Part shown: positions 35,238 through 44,411 of the stretch, piece by piece
Position numbering within the stretch: position 1 is the stretch's first letter
How the letters are laid out: every line of letters starts with the position of its first letter
Source of the DNA: Lentisphaeria bacterium
GTDB taxonomy: Bacteria > Verrucomicrobiota > Lentisphaeria > Victivallales > Victivallaceae
NCBI GenBank assembly: GCA_017508285.1
Contig: JAFVZG010000067.1
Location: 1 to 61,776 of the forward strand
Reading direction: 5' to 3'
DNA: 61,776 nucleotides
Program-made: the position numbers and the translations under genes
Notes under the pieces: generated by a model
The model's database searches: none
What the model was told of the DNA's origin: nothing
Seen by the model: the letters and a program-made list of their open reading frames with translations, nothing else

Positions 35238-36278
35238 ATGAGCAAATTTGTGGAAAAATTCAATAATGAACAGGAGTTGGAAACTTTTTTGGCAACTCCT
35301 TCTGAAGCCCTGATCGGAATGATGAAAAATCTGGATGGCGATATCATGATTCTGGGAGTCGCCGGAAAAATGGGCGTGACCATGGGGCAGGTGGCGGTAA
35401 ATGCGATCAAAGCTGCCGGTGTGGATAAAAAAGTTTACGGGGTCGCCCGTTTCAGCGATGCTGATTCCCGTAAGAAACTGGAAGATTCCGGAGTTATTAC
35501 GATTGCCTGCGACTTGCTTGACCGGGAGGCTCTGGCAAAACTGCCTGAAGTGAAAAATATCGTTTTTATGGCAGGACGCAAATTCGGTACTGACGGCAGT
35601 GAAGAGTTGACATGGATGATGAATGTAGTTGTTCCTGCCAATGTCGCTGATAGATTCAAAAACTCCCGGATAACGGTATTTTCCACCGGTTGCGTTTATC
35701 CGTTGGTGCCATTGAGCGAGATCGGTTGTACCGAAAAAGTCAAACCGCTGCCGGTCGGTGAATATTCCCAATCCTGTCTGGGCAGGGAGAGAGTCTTTGA
35801 GTATGCTGCCAAAAACAATGGGACTGAAATTTTGCTTTTCCGGTTGAATTATGCGATCGATCTGCGTTACGGCGTGCTGCATGATATCGCGCAGGCGGTA
35901 TGGCACGGAGAAGAGGTCAATAATACGGTCGGGTATTTCAATGCCATCTGGCAGGGGGATGCCAATCAGATCGCCCTGCTTTCACTGCTTGAAGCATCTG
36001 CTCCGGCGGCTTATTTGAATGTCACCGGCCCGGAAACATTGAGCGTGGAGAGCGTGGCAAAAGAATTCGGCAGGATTTTCGGCAAAGAGGTCAAATTCAA
36101 GTGCGCTGTTCCGGGGGAACTGAACTTCCTTTCCGATGCATCCAAAATGACCGGTCTTTACGGTAATCCTTCAATTCCGATGTCACAGATGATCCGCTGG
36201 CAGGCTCAATGGATCATGGAAGGGGGCAAAAGTTTGAATAAACCGACCCATTATGAGGTCAACACCGGTAAATTTTGA
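35238..36278 (+). CDS. NAD(P)-dependent epimerase/dehydratase-family oxidoreductase
   Basis: ILGVAGKMG Rossmann motif in an extended-SDR-like layout. Confidence 0.7.
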   Translation: MSKFVEKFNNEQELETFLATPSEALIGMMKNLDGDIMILGVAGKMGVTMGQVAVNAIKAAGVDKKVYGVARFSDADSRKKLEDSGVITIACDLLDREALAKLPEVKNIVFMAGRKFGTDGSEELTWMMNVVVPANVADRFKNSRITVFSTGCVYPLVPLSEIGCTEKVKPLPVGEYSQSCLGRERVFEYAAKNNGTEILLFRLNYAIDLRYGVLHDIAQAVWHGEEVNNTVGYFNAIWQGDANQIALLSLLEASAPAAYLNVTGPETLSVESVAKEFGRIFGKEVKFKCAVPGELNFLSDASKMTGLYGNPSIPMSQMIRWQAQWIMEGGKSLNKPTHYEVNTGKF

Positions 36279-36301
36279 AGAGGAGCAGCAAAGAACAGAT
36301 C

Positions 36302-37366
36302 ATGAAAAAAAGTATTTCCCAGATCGATGCCGGGGTATTGGCAAATTTCCGTAAAGGGTGTGTGATTCCGGCTCAACCGCTGGCATTGGATGAAAACCGC
36401 AAATTTTTGCCGCAGTATCAGCGTGCTTTGTGCCGCTACTATATTGATGCCGGGGTCGGCGGCATTGCTGTCGGCGTACATTCCACCCAGTTCGAGATCC
36501 GCAATCCGGAAATCGGCCTTTTTGAGCGGGTTTTGAGTGAAACATCCGGATTTATCGACCAATGGTGTGAAAAACGGGGCAAAAAGATCCTTAAAGTTGC
36601 CGGGGTCTGCGGTAAGACGGAACAGGCTCTTTATGAAGCGGAATTTGCCGTCGCCAACGGTTATGATGCCGGATTGCTCAGCATGGCGGCATTCAAGCAT
36701 GACAGTGTGGAAACGATGCTGGAGCATTGCCGCAAAGTTGCGGAAGTTATTCCTGTTATCGGATTCTATCTTCAGCCCAGTGTCGGCGGCAGAATATTGC
36801 CGCTGGAGTTTTGGAAAGGACTTTGTGAAATAGAGAATCTGCTGGGCATCAAAGCGGCTCCATTCAATCGCTATTGTACTTTTGATGTGGTGCGTGCTCT
36901 GGTTGAAAGCAACCGGGAGGATGTCACTCTTTATACCGGGAATGATGACAATATTCTTATTGATTTGCTTACTGAATATGATATCGGCGGCAAAAAATTC
37001 CGGATCCGCGGCGGTCTGCTCGGTCATTGGTGCTGCTGGACCGCTAAAGCAGTGGAATTGCTTGAAGAAGTTCACTCATTGATCGACAGCGGCAAAGATA
37101 TTCCTGCCGGGATGCTGACCCGGGCAGCTCAGATAACTGATTGCAATGCGGCGTTTTTTGATCCTGCTCACAACTTTGCCGGATGTATTCCGGGTATCCA
37201 CGAGGTTTTGCGGCGGCAGGGGCTGCTCAAAGGGGTCTGGTGTCTGAATCCGGCAGAAGTGCTTTCCCCCGGACAGGCCGGGGAAATTTCCCGAGTGCAT
37301 GATGCTTATCCGGATCTGCATGATGATGAATTTGTTGCTGCCAATTTGAAGCAATGGCTGGAATGA
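36302..37366 (+). CDS. Dihydrodipicolinate synthase (DapA/NanA) family class I aldolase-like protein
   Basis: TIM-barrel DHDPS-like pattern (YYIDAGVGGIAVGVHSTQF...). Start ambiguous: the TTG at 36275 overlaps the upstream stop, and the first ATG is at 36302. Confidence 0.6.
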   Translation: MKKSISQIDAGVLANFRKGCVIPAQPLALDENRKFLPQYQRALCRYYIDAGVGGIAVGVHSTQFEIRNPEIGLFERVLSETSGFIDQWCEKRGKKILKVAGVCGKTEQALYEAEFAVANGYDAGLLSMAAFKHDSVETMLEHCRKVAEVIPVIGFYLQPSVGGRILPLEFWKGLCEIENLLGIKAAPFNRYCTFDVVRALVESNREDVTLYTGNDDNILIDLLTEYDIGGKKFRIRGGLLGHWCCWTAKAVELLEEVHSLIDSGKDIPAGMLTRAAQITDCNAAFFDPAHNFAGCIPGIHEVLRRQGLLKGVWCLNPAEVLSPGQAGEISRVHDAYPDLHDDEFVAANLKQWLE

Positions 37367-37386
37367 TTTTTCCCTGATTTTATCCG

Positions 37387-37433
37387 GTTGCGGCAGAAAA
37401 AGTGTCATAACTGGCATTTTCTTTTGCCGCAAC
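37387..37433. terminator. Hairpin between convergent genes (possible bidirectional terminator)
   Basis: gttgcggca (37387-37395) pairs with tgccgcaac (37425-37433). A/T-rich flanks and a large loop. Confidence 0.4.
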
Positions 37434-37455
37434 TGCTGTTTATTATATACCGGTC

Positions 37456-38316
37456 TCAGTTGATCGGGTTGTTGCCGCGCCAGATCAGGATATCTCCGGC
37501 AGCGTTTTCTCCGCTGTGTCGGTCAAAGTATTTTTTGTAAGCGAGCAGAAAATTCTGTGCCGATGAGTAACCGCACTTGCGGGCGAGTTCTGCGGTGCTC
37601 ATGGATTTGGTCTGGCGCATTTTCTTTGCATAACGCATGATATTGGCAAGGTAATACTGCTTAATTGAGCATCCGGCGCAGGATTTGAATAGTTTCGTGA
37701 GTTTCCGTCTGCTTATGCCGCAGGATTCAGCCAATTCATCTATACCGGGATAAAAAAATGGCGGGCCGTGCAGTTTCTCTATTACCGGGTTGATCAATTT
37801 GTTTATACCGGTCGCAGGGCGCAATGTATTTGGGATGGAATTGTTTGATGCCGCTGCAAAGCGGAGTAAATATCCCCAGAATGTCAATAATCCGGCATAA
37901 AGGAAGAATTCTCCGCCGGGGGTGTGGCGGTATTCTTTACTGCTGTCAGCCAGTTCCCGGCACAATTTGAAAAAGGTGCTGCGCCGGTCGCGGGAAACCT
38001 TTATCTTTGCCGGAAGTTCTGCCGGGAGAGAACCAAACCATGAGAAGTGCAGAAAGCATGCCCGGTAGGGATTTTCAGGATCCGGGTTGAATTGATGCAT
38101 CTCGCCGGGAAGAATCAGGCAGATATCTCCGGAGCGGATCCGGTGTTTTATTCCATTGAGCGTACAGATCCCGGAACCTTTTTCAAAACAGGCAATATGC
38201 AATTGACCGGGATGGGCGTGGACAATGGTTCCGTCTTTTTCCGAGGCTTGAAAGTAGTTTATTTCAAGAAGAATGATTTCCGAACCGAGCCGGGAGATCC
38301 ACTTTTGAAAGTCCAT
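37456..38316 (-). CDS. AraC-family transcriptional regulator (cupin sensor plus HTH)
   Basis: N-terminal cupin-like region, C-terminal AraC HTH (...YYLANIMRYAKKMRQTKSMSTAELARKCGYSSAQNFLLAYKKYF). Confidence 0.85.
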   Translation of the reverse strand: MDFQKWISRLGSEIILLEINYFQASEKDGTIVHAHPGQLHIACFEKGSGICTLNGIKHRIRSGDICLILPGEMHQFNPDPENPYRACFLHFSWFGSLPAELPAKIKVSRDRRSTFFKLCRELADSSKEYRHTPGGEFFLYAGLLTFWGYLLRFAAASNNSIPNTLRPATGINKLINPVIEKLHGPPFFYPGIDELAESCGISRRKLTKLFKSCAGCSIKQYYLANIMRYAKKMRQTKSMSTAELARKCGYSSAQNFLLAYKKYFDRHSGENAAGDILIWRGNNPIN

Positions 38317-38347
38317 CGCATCAAACCTTTTTTATTTTGCGGAGTGA

Positions 38348-39196
38348 TTATTTGAATTCCGTGCTGATGAATTCTGCCAATGCTTCCTGCCAATGCGGCA
38401 TCGGTGCCAAACCGGCTTGAGCGAGCCGCAAATTATCCAATCTGGAGTTTTTCGGGCGGGGCGCCGGACGGGGAAATTCATCGGTAGTACAGGGAGTTAC
38501 CAACTGTTTTTTTCCGGCAAGACGGAATATTTCCACTGCAAAATCCGCCCATGATGCTTCTCCCTCGCAAGTGAGATGAAAGGTGCCGCGCAACTCCGGC
38601 ATCAGTAAAATTTCCCGCAGTTTCCGTGCCACAGCCAGTGTGCTGGTCGGATTGCCGATCTGATCGGCAACCACCTTTAATTCCGGGCGGCTGCCATCGG
38701 CGAGATTGAGCATGGTATGCACGAAACTGGGGCCTCCGGCACCATAGAGCCAGGCGATACGGCAAATTACATGATCCGGAGCGATTTTTCTGATCTCTTG
38801 TTCCCCGGCAAATTTGCTTTGCCCGTAAACCGTTCTGCCGCCGGTGGCGATATCTGATTCCCGGTATGGCTGCGGGGCATCGCCGTCAAAGACATAGTCA
38901 GTGGATATTGCGATCAACCGGATATTTAATTTCCGGCATGCCGCTGCCACATTGGCTGAACCATCCCGATTGATCCTGAAAGCAGTAAGTTTCTCGTTCT
39001 CACACTTGTCAACGGCAGTCATCGCCGCGCAATGGATAACGGCATCTGGAGTTGTTTCGCGTAAAAACCTTTCCACTGTTTCCGGAACAGTGATGTCAAC
39101 ATCCGGAAGATCGGCTGAAAAAACTTCCCAACCGGTAAACTCATTGCGGAGGGTTCTGCCGAGCATCCCGTTGCCGCCGGTAACCACCACTTTCAT
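38348..39196 (-). CDS. rfbD: dTDP-4-dehydrorhamnose reductase
   Basis: [14 protein letters not shown]-terminus and operon context rfbB-A-C-D. Confidence 0.88.
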   Translation of the reverse strand: MKVVVTGGNGMLGRTLRNEFTGWEVFSADLPDVDITVPETVERFLRETTPDAVIHCAAMTAVDKCENEKLTAFRINRDGSANVAAACRKLNIRLIAISTDYVFDGDAPQPYRESDIATGGRTVYGQSKFAGEQEIRKIAPDHVICRIAWLYGAGGPSFVHTMLNLADGSRPELKVVADQIGNPTSTLAVARKLREILLMPELRGTFHLTCEGEASWADFAVEIFRLAGKKQLVTPCTTDEFPRPAPRPKNSRLDNLRLAQAGLAPMPHWQEALAEFISTEFK

Positions 39197-39762
39197 TGCC
39201 AGAGATCTCCTGCCGGTAAATCGGCATCTTTCAATTGCGGATGCCGGGTATCTTTGGCAGAGAGAATCACTTTGTCTGCCGGTAATTGCCAGTCGATATT
39301 CAAATCAGGGTCATCAAAGGCGATGCCGCGTTCAGCAGACGGCATGTAAGGATTGTCGCATTTGTAGGCGAAAACTACCGTTTCAGAAAGTACGGCAAAC
39401 CCGTGGGCGAAGCCTTTGGGAATAAACAACTGGTATTTATTTTCTGCCGACAATTCAACGGCAGTGTATTTGCCGAAAGTCGGGGAGTTCTTGCGTATAT
39501 CCAGCGCGATATCCAAAACTTTGCCTTCAATGACCCGCACCAGTTTTGACTGATTATAAGGCGGCATTTGATAGTGCAGTCCCCTCAATACCCCGTAACG
39601 GGAACAGGATTCATTATCCTGCACCCAGTTGCAATTGATTCCGGCATCATGGTAGCGTGATTGATTCCAACTTTCCAAAAAATATCCTCTTTCATCGCCG
39701 AAAACATCCGGCACGATGATTTTGACCTCAGGGATTGCTGACCCGATGATTTTCATTATCAA
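39193..39762 (-). CDS. rfbC: dTDP-4-dehydrorhamnose 3,5-epimerase
   Basis: [10 protein letters not shown]...RGLHYQ..P..Q.KLVRV..G pattern. Confidence 0.9.
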   Translation of the reverse strand: MIMKIIGSAIPEVKIIVPDVFGDERGYFLESWNQSRYHDAGINCNWVQDNESCSRYGVLRGLHYQMPPYNQSKLVRVIEGKVLDIALDIRKNSPTFGKYTAVELSAENKYQLFIPKGFAHGFAVLSETVVFAYKCDNPYMPSAERGIAFDDPDLNIDWQLPADKVILSAKDTRHPQLKDADLPAGDLWQ

Positions 39763-40631
39763 TATTTCCCTTCGGTGATCTGCATCAGATATTGAGCATA
39801 TTCAGTTTTCAGCATGTTTTGAATATTCTGCCGCACCTCTTTTGCCGAGAGCCAATGATTATTGAAAGCGATCTCTTCGAGACAGGCGACCTGAACCCCC
39901 TGCCGTTTTTCAATAGTGTGGATAAAGTTGGCGGCATCCAGCATGCTCTCATGAGTACCGGTATCCAGCCATGCAAATCCTCTGCCGAAAAGTTCCACAT
40001 GCAGATCTCCTCTTTCCAGATAAGCATTGTTTACGGCGGTTATTTCCAATTCGCCTCTGGCAGATGGTTTGATATTTTCGGCGATATTGATCACATCATT
40101 ATCGTAAAAATACAATCCGGTCACCGCGTAGTTGGATTTCGGTACGGCAGGTTTTTCTTCAATGGAAATCGCTTTGCCATTCCGGTCGAATTCAACGACG
40201 CCGAAGCGTTCCGGGTCGCAGACATAGTATCCGAAAACCGTTGCGCCTTTATCTTTTGCCGCAGCCTGCCGGACGATGTTTGACAGATTTGCTCCGTAAA
40301 AGATGTTGTCTCCCAGTACGAGGGCGACGGAATCGCTGCCGATAAAATCTTTGCCGATCAGAAATGCCTGCGCCAAACCTTCCGGTCGGGGCTGCACGGC
40401 GTAGGTGAATTCCACCCCGAAACGGCTGCCGTCACCGAGAAGCCGCTGGAATGCAGATTGATCTTCCGGAGTGGTGATTATCAGTATTTCCCGGATTTTG
40501 GCAAGCATCAATACCGATATCGGGTAGTAGATCATCGGTTTGTCGTAAACAGCGAGCAGTTGTTTGGATACTCCACAGGTGATCGGGTGAAGACGGGTAC
40601 CGGCACCGCCGGCAAGAACAATACCTTTCAT
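39759..40631 (-). CDS. rfbA: Glucose-1-phosphate thymidylyltransferase
   Basis: [18 protein letters not shown] signature. Confidence 0.92.
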   Translation of the reverse strand: MKGIVLAGGAGTRLHPITCGVSKQLLAVYDKPMIYYPISVLMLAKIREILIITTPEDQSAFQRLLGDGSRFGVEFTYAVQPRPEGLAQAFLIGKDFIGSDSVALVLGDNIFYGANLSNIVRQAAAKDKGATVFGYYVCDPERFGVVEFDRNGKAISIEEKPAVPKSNYAVTGLYFYDNDVINIAENIKPSARGELEITAVNNAYLERGDLHVELFGRGFAWLDTGTHESMLDAANFIHTIEKRQGVQVACLEEIAFNNHWLSAKEVRQNIQNMLKTEYAQYLMQITEGKY

Positions 40632-40636
40632 ATCAC

Positions 40637-41704
40637 TTATTCTCCTTTGCCGAGGCGTTCCATTTTATATTCTCCGCTGAGGATATGAGCGCACCAGGTA
40701 TCCTGATGCGCCAGATACCATTCGACAGTTTTTCTGATACCGCTGTCAAAGGTTTCTTCCGGGTGCCAGCCCAATTCGCGGGTGATTTTAGCGGCATCGA
40801 TGGCATATCGCATATCGTGTCCGGGGCGGTCTTTGACAAAGGTGATCTGTTCTGCGTAGGTTTTGCCATCCTGCCGTGGATGCAGTTCATCCAGCAATTC
40901 GCAGATTTTGCGGACGACATCGATATTGCGTTTTTCGTTGTTTCCGCCGATATTGTAACTTTCGCCGGGAGTTCCGGTGGTGGCGACCAGATAGAGAGCT
41001 TTGGCATGATCTTCCACATACAGCCAGTCGCGTATCTGCGATCCCTGACCGTATACCGGGAGTTCTTTGCCATTGACTGCATGGAGGATTATCAGCGGGA
41101 TCAGTTTTTCCGGGAAGTGGTATGGACCATAGTTGTTTGAGCAGTTGCTCACCAGTGTCGGCAGGGCAAAAGTCCGTTTCCACGCCCGCACCAGATGGTC
41201 ACTGGCGGCTTTGGATGCCGAGTAAGGTGAGGATGGGGCATAGGGAGTATCTTCCCGGAAAAAATCTTCCGGATCAGTCAGGTCGCCGAATACTTCATCG
41301 GTGGAAATGTGATGGAACCGGAATTTTTTTCTGGCTGTTTCATCCAGAGTCTGAAAGAAATTTCTTGCCGCTTCCAAAAGAGTGTAGGTGCCGACAATAT
41401 TGGTGCGGATGAATTCCCCCGGCCCGTCAATGGAGCGGTCAACATGGCTTTCCGCTGCCAGATGCATGACATGGGTCGGCTGGAAAATGCTGAAAATGGC
41501 ATCGAGTTTTTCCCGGTCGCAGATGTCGCATTTTTCAAAATGGAAGCGGTCTGAATCTGCGACCTCTGCCAATGATTCCAGATTGCCGGCATAGGTGAGT
41601 TTATCCACCACACAGACTGTGTCGTGGGTGTTTTTTATAATGTGCCGCACCAGTGCTGAACCGATAAAACCGGCCCCGCCGGTGACGATGATCCTGTTTG
41701 GCAT
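40637..41704 (-). CDS. rfbB: dTDP-glucose 4,6-dehydratase
   Basis: [16 protein letters not shown] start and [12 protein letters not shown] (YxxxK). The track ORF extends 81 nt further upstream. Confidence 0.9.
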   Translation of the reverse strand: MPNRIIVTGGAGFIGSALVRHIIKNTHDTVCVVDKLTYAGNLESLAEVADSDRFHFEKCDICDREKLDAIFSIFQPTHVMHLAAESHVDRSIDGPGEFIRTNIVGTYTLLEAARNFFQTLDETARKKFRFHHISTDEVFGDLTDPEDFFREDTPYAPSSPYSASKAASDHLVRAWKRTFALPTLVSNCSNNYGPYHFPEKLIPLIILHAVNGKELPVYGQGSQIRDWLYVEDHAKALYLVATTGTPGESYNIGGNNEKRNIDVVRKICELLDELHPRQDGKTYAEQITFVKDRPGHDMRYAIDAAKITRELGWHPEETFDSGIRKTVEWYLAHQDTWCAHILSGEYKMERLGKGE

Positions 41705-41752
41705 TATTTTTCCTGTGATTTGCAGATGAATATATATATAATAATCACTTTG

Positions 41753-41781
41753 AATATAGCACATTTTTCTTTGTTTTGCAA
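41753..41781 (-). promoter_or_regulatory. Sigma70-like promoter of rfbBACD (TTGCAA - 17 - TATATT)
   Basis: Minus-strand hexamers at 41776-41781 and 41753-41758. Confidence 0.45.
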
Positions 41782-41858
41782 GCATGGCGTAAACAAAAAT
41801 CCCTCAATGTCATCCAAGATGCCGGTAAATGGATTGATCTCTTTTGACAAACTGCTCC

Positions 41859-41989
41859 CCGGGTGCAATCAAATCGTTTTATGTTTTTGACAAATCATAA
41901 TGTAAGTGATATATTCTATGTGTCGCCATAAAATGTGTTCATTCGGTCTTGTATGTATGTTTCACAAAATTTGGGACATTACCAAAAAA
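41859..41989 (+). repeat. Copy 2 of the 131-bp repeat, ending 32 nt upstream of the AAC(3)-family start codon
   Basis: Matches copy 1 at all but 2 positions and copy 3 at all but 2. -35 is the consensus TTGACA (41887-41892) and -10 is TATATT (41910-41915). Confidence 0.9.
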
Positions 41990-42021
41990 AGCAGTATTAC
42001 TGTCTTGACACGGGTTTTATT

Positions 42022-42783
42022 ATGCATACAATCAGAAGTTTACATCGGGATTTTGCCGACTCCGGTCTGCGGAGGAGTGATACGATCCTGATACACTCAT
42101 CCATGCGCTCTCTGGGAGATATTGAAGGCAGGGCGGAGGGATTTTTGCGGGCTCTGGCAGAATATTTTTCAGAAGGTCTGGTGGCGTTTCCCACATTGTC
42201 GTGGGATTTGGTCAATGCCAGCCAACCGGTATATTCTGTGCGGGATACTCCCTGTACGACCGGATTGCTGCCGGAGTTGTTCCGCAGTTATCCCGGAGTC
42301 AGGCGTTCTTTGCATCCGACACATTCGATCGCGGCTCTGGGAAAGGAGGCGGAAGATTTTCTTGCCGGTCATGAACTGTTTGATTCTCCGGCACACCGCA
42401 ACTCCCCGTGGGGCAAACTCTATGACCGCAGGGCAAAGATCCTTTTTATCGGCACGACTCTGGCGTGTAATACCTTTTTACACGGAGTCGAGGAGTGGCT
42501 GCCGGTACCCGGTATGCTGACTGAAGATGCTGAAAATCTGGTGGTCTTTGATTATGACTCCAGACGCATAGAGGTTCCTTCCCGCCGTCATGCCGGAGAT
42601 CATTCTCAGTATTATCACCTGATGGAAAAGCGTTTCGCTGATGCCGGCGGTTTGAAATATTCCGTCATCGGTGATGCGGAAGTCCGGATATTGGATGCCG
42701 TCACTGCCGGAAATGTGACCTTTGATCTGCTGTCACTTCACCCGCTGTTTTTTACCGGGGAATTCCAGAATAAACAGAGTTGA
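42022..42783 (+). CDS. AAC(3)-family (aminoglycoside 3-N-acetyltransferase-like) acetyltransferase
   Basis: MHTIRSLHRDFADSGLRRSDTILIHSSMRSLG... is typical of the Antibiotic_NAT family. The start at 42022 is preferred over the in-frame upstream ATG at 41935, which lies in the repeat. Confidence 0.75.
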   Translation: MHTIRSLHRDFADSGLRRSDTILIHSSMRSLGDIEGRAEGFLRALAEYFSEGLVAFPTLSWDLVNASQPVYSVRDTPCTTGLLPELFRSYPGVRRSLHPTHSIAALGKEAEDFLAGHELFDSPAHRNSPWGKLYDRRAKILFIGTTLACNTFLHGVEEWLPVPGMLTEDAENLVVFDYDSRRIEVPSRRHAGDHSQYYHLMEKRFADAGGLKYSVIGDAEVRILDAVTAGNVTFDLLSLHPLFFTGEFQNKQS

Positions 42784-42785
42784 TC

Positions 42786-44390
42786 TCAAATCACCAATGT
42801 CACTTCCGGCGGCAGGATGATCTCCGGTTCTTTTCCCTTTTGCAGCGAGACCCGGATATCTCCATGGATAGTTGGGATGGTGCCGGATGCATGATCAAGA
42901 TCGCAGAGATCCGGAGTGAAACGGATCTTCCGGTATCCGGGAGCCGCCGGAGTAACGCCGAGGATCTTTTCACTGCACCATGCCGCCGGACCGGATGCCC
43001 AGCCGTGGCACAGGCTGTGGCGCAGCCCTTTATAACAATATGCTCCGAAGTCAGCATGGATATCCTTTTTACCGGGAACCGGCATCTGATCGATACGGAA
43101 GGCATTTTCGCACCATGCCAGATCGAAATCTTCCCAGAAGCTGGTGGCCCCCATATCCAGCATCCCGCCCCAGTAACGCCGGGTCAACTCCAATGCGGAT
43201 GCCGGAGTTTTGGCGAGCAGAACATAATAACCGAGGAAGGTGCTGATATTGTTGAAAGGATCTTTTTCCAGAATATCTCTGCGGTCGGCAAGACCGGCAA
43301 GGTGCTGCAGCGCGGCGGCGGCTTTGTTGCATCCGGGATCGGGAAGATGGCGGCGAATTCCGGCAACAGCAGCGGAAAGTTCTGCATCTTCTTTGCCCAG
43401 CTCTTTATACATGAGATCAGCGGCTGATAAAGCGGTCGCCAAAAGCGCATGGATACCGGCGTATGCTCCCTGCGGATCGGTACTGCTTGGCCAATCCAGA
43501 AACGCCTGACCGGGGAACTGTGCCGCTCCATCATCTTTGACCATCGGGATGAACCGCTCCACCGTGCCGGTGATAAAAGATGCAAATTTCTGTAAAATCG
43601 CATTGTCACCGTGATAGAACCAGTAATCCCGGATGGCGATCAATACCCATAGCGGATAACTGAACATCGTGTTGATGAATTCCCCTTTTGCAGTATGGCT
43701 GCAGAGCATTTCCAAAGTCTCTTCCACCTCTTTTATGCCGCCGAATACCCGCAGGATAGTAGCGATTTCCGGGTGGATATCTCCGCCCCAGAGCAGGCGG
43801 TCGCGCTTCACTCCGTCAAAGATGAAATCCTGAATATTCAAGTGGACGGTGTGTACTGCTGTATCAAAGATGGCGTTGAGCCGGGGATCGGATGAGGTGA
43901 AACTTCCCCGTTTTTCCAGCCAGCGCATTTCGGCGTAAGCGATGATATTGGTAAGATTCAACTCTCCTGAAACGGCATCGATCCTCACAAAGCGGGTGCC
44001 GGTATTGCCGAATTCCACCGATGAGAGCATATTTAACGGGAGAACGACATCATGGATGGCGTGATCCATATTCGGCTCTCCGCAGCATTCAGAAAGACTT
44101 TCTCCGAAACGCAGACGGATCTTTGCCGGTTTCATCCGGTCAGAAACTATCCGCACTCCACCGGAAAATTCCTTGCCGAAGTCGGCAATGATAAATCCTC
44201 CCTCGGCTATTTTGCATACCGGGAAATCACTGGCAACAAAATTGCGCAGAGTGCGGTTATTGATGAAAATTTCCGGATCACTGCATTTTTCGCTGGCGGC
44301 GATTTTTTTACAGGGAAGAAAAAATCGCCGCATCGGATCGGCAAAACTATCCGGAAAAATATTGGTCATATAAGAGTTTGTGCTGTTCAT
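42786..44390 (-). CDS. GH78-like alpha-L-rhamnosidase six-hairpin domain protein
   Basis: DFIFDGVKRDRLLWGGDIHPE resembles the conserved GH78 catalytic-domain segment. 534 aa, shorter than many GH78 enzymes. Confidence 0.6.
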   Translation of the reverse strand: MNSTNSYMTNIFPDSFADPMRRFFLPCKKIAASEKCSDPEIFINNRTLRNFVASDFPVCKIAEGGFIIADFGKEFSGGVRIVSDRMKPAKIRLRFGESLSECCGEPNMDHAIHDVVLPLNMLSSVEFGNTGTRFVRIDAVSGELNLTNIIAYAEMRWLEKRGSFTSSDPRLNAIFDTAVHTVHLNIQDFIFDGVKRDRLLWGGDIHPEIATILRVFGGIKEVEETLEMLCSHTAKGEFINTMFSYPLWVLIAIRDYWFYHGDNAILQKFASFITGTVERFIPMVKDDGAAQFPGQAFLDWPSSTDPQGAYAGIHALLATALSAADLMYKELGKEDAELSAAVAGIRRHLPDPGCNKAAAALQHLAGLADRRDILEKDPFNNISTFLGYYVLLAKTPASALELTRRYWGGMLDMGATSFWEDFDLAWCENAFRIDQMPVPGKKDIHADFGAYCYKGLRHSLCHGWASGPAAWCSEKILGVTPAAPGYRKIRFTPDLCDLDHASGTIPTIHGDIRVSLQKGKEPEIILPPEVTLVI

Positions 44391-44411
44391 AACCGTGTTC
44401 CTTGCGTGGTG

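Noticed and set aside
41935-42021. In-frame upstream ATG that would extend the AAC(3)-family protein by 29 aa into the repeat.
   Set aside because: The extension (MFIRSCMYVSQNLGHYQKKQYYCLDTGFI) is encoded by the dispersed repeat. The same frame reads into unrelated sequence in copies 1 and 3. AAC(3)-family proteins normally begin close to the MHTIRS... position.
42022-42783. AAC(3)-family gene as a horizontally acquired resistance cassette.
   Set aside because: No integron attC/attI, IS element or obvious compositional break is visible by eye. Many AAC(3)/YokD-like genes are chromosomal housekeeping-type acetyltransferases, so resistance function is unproven.
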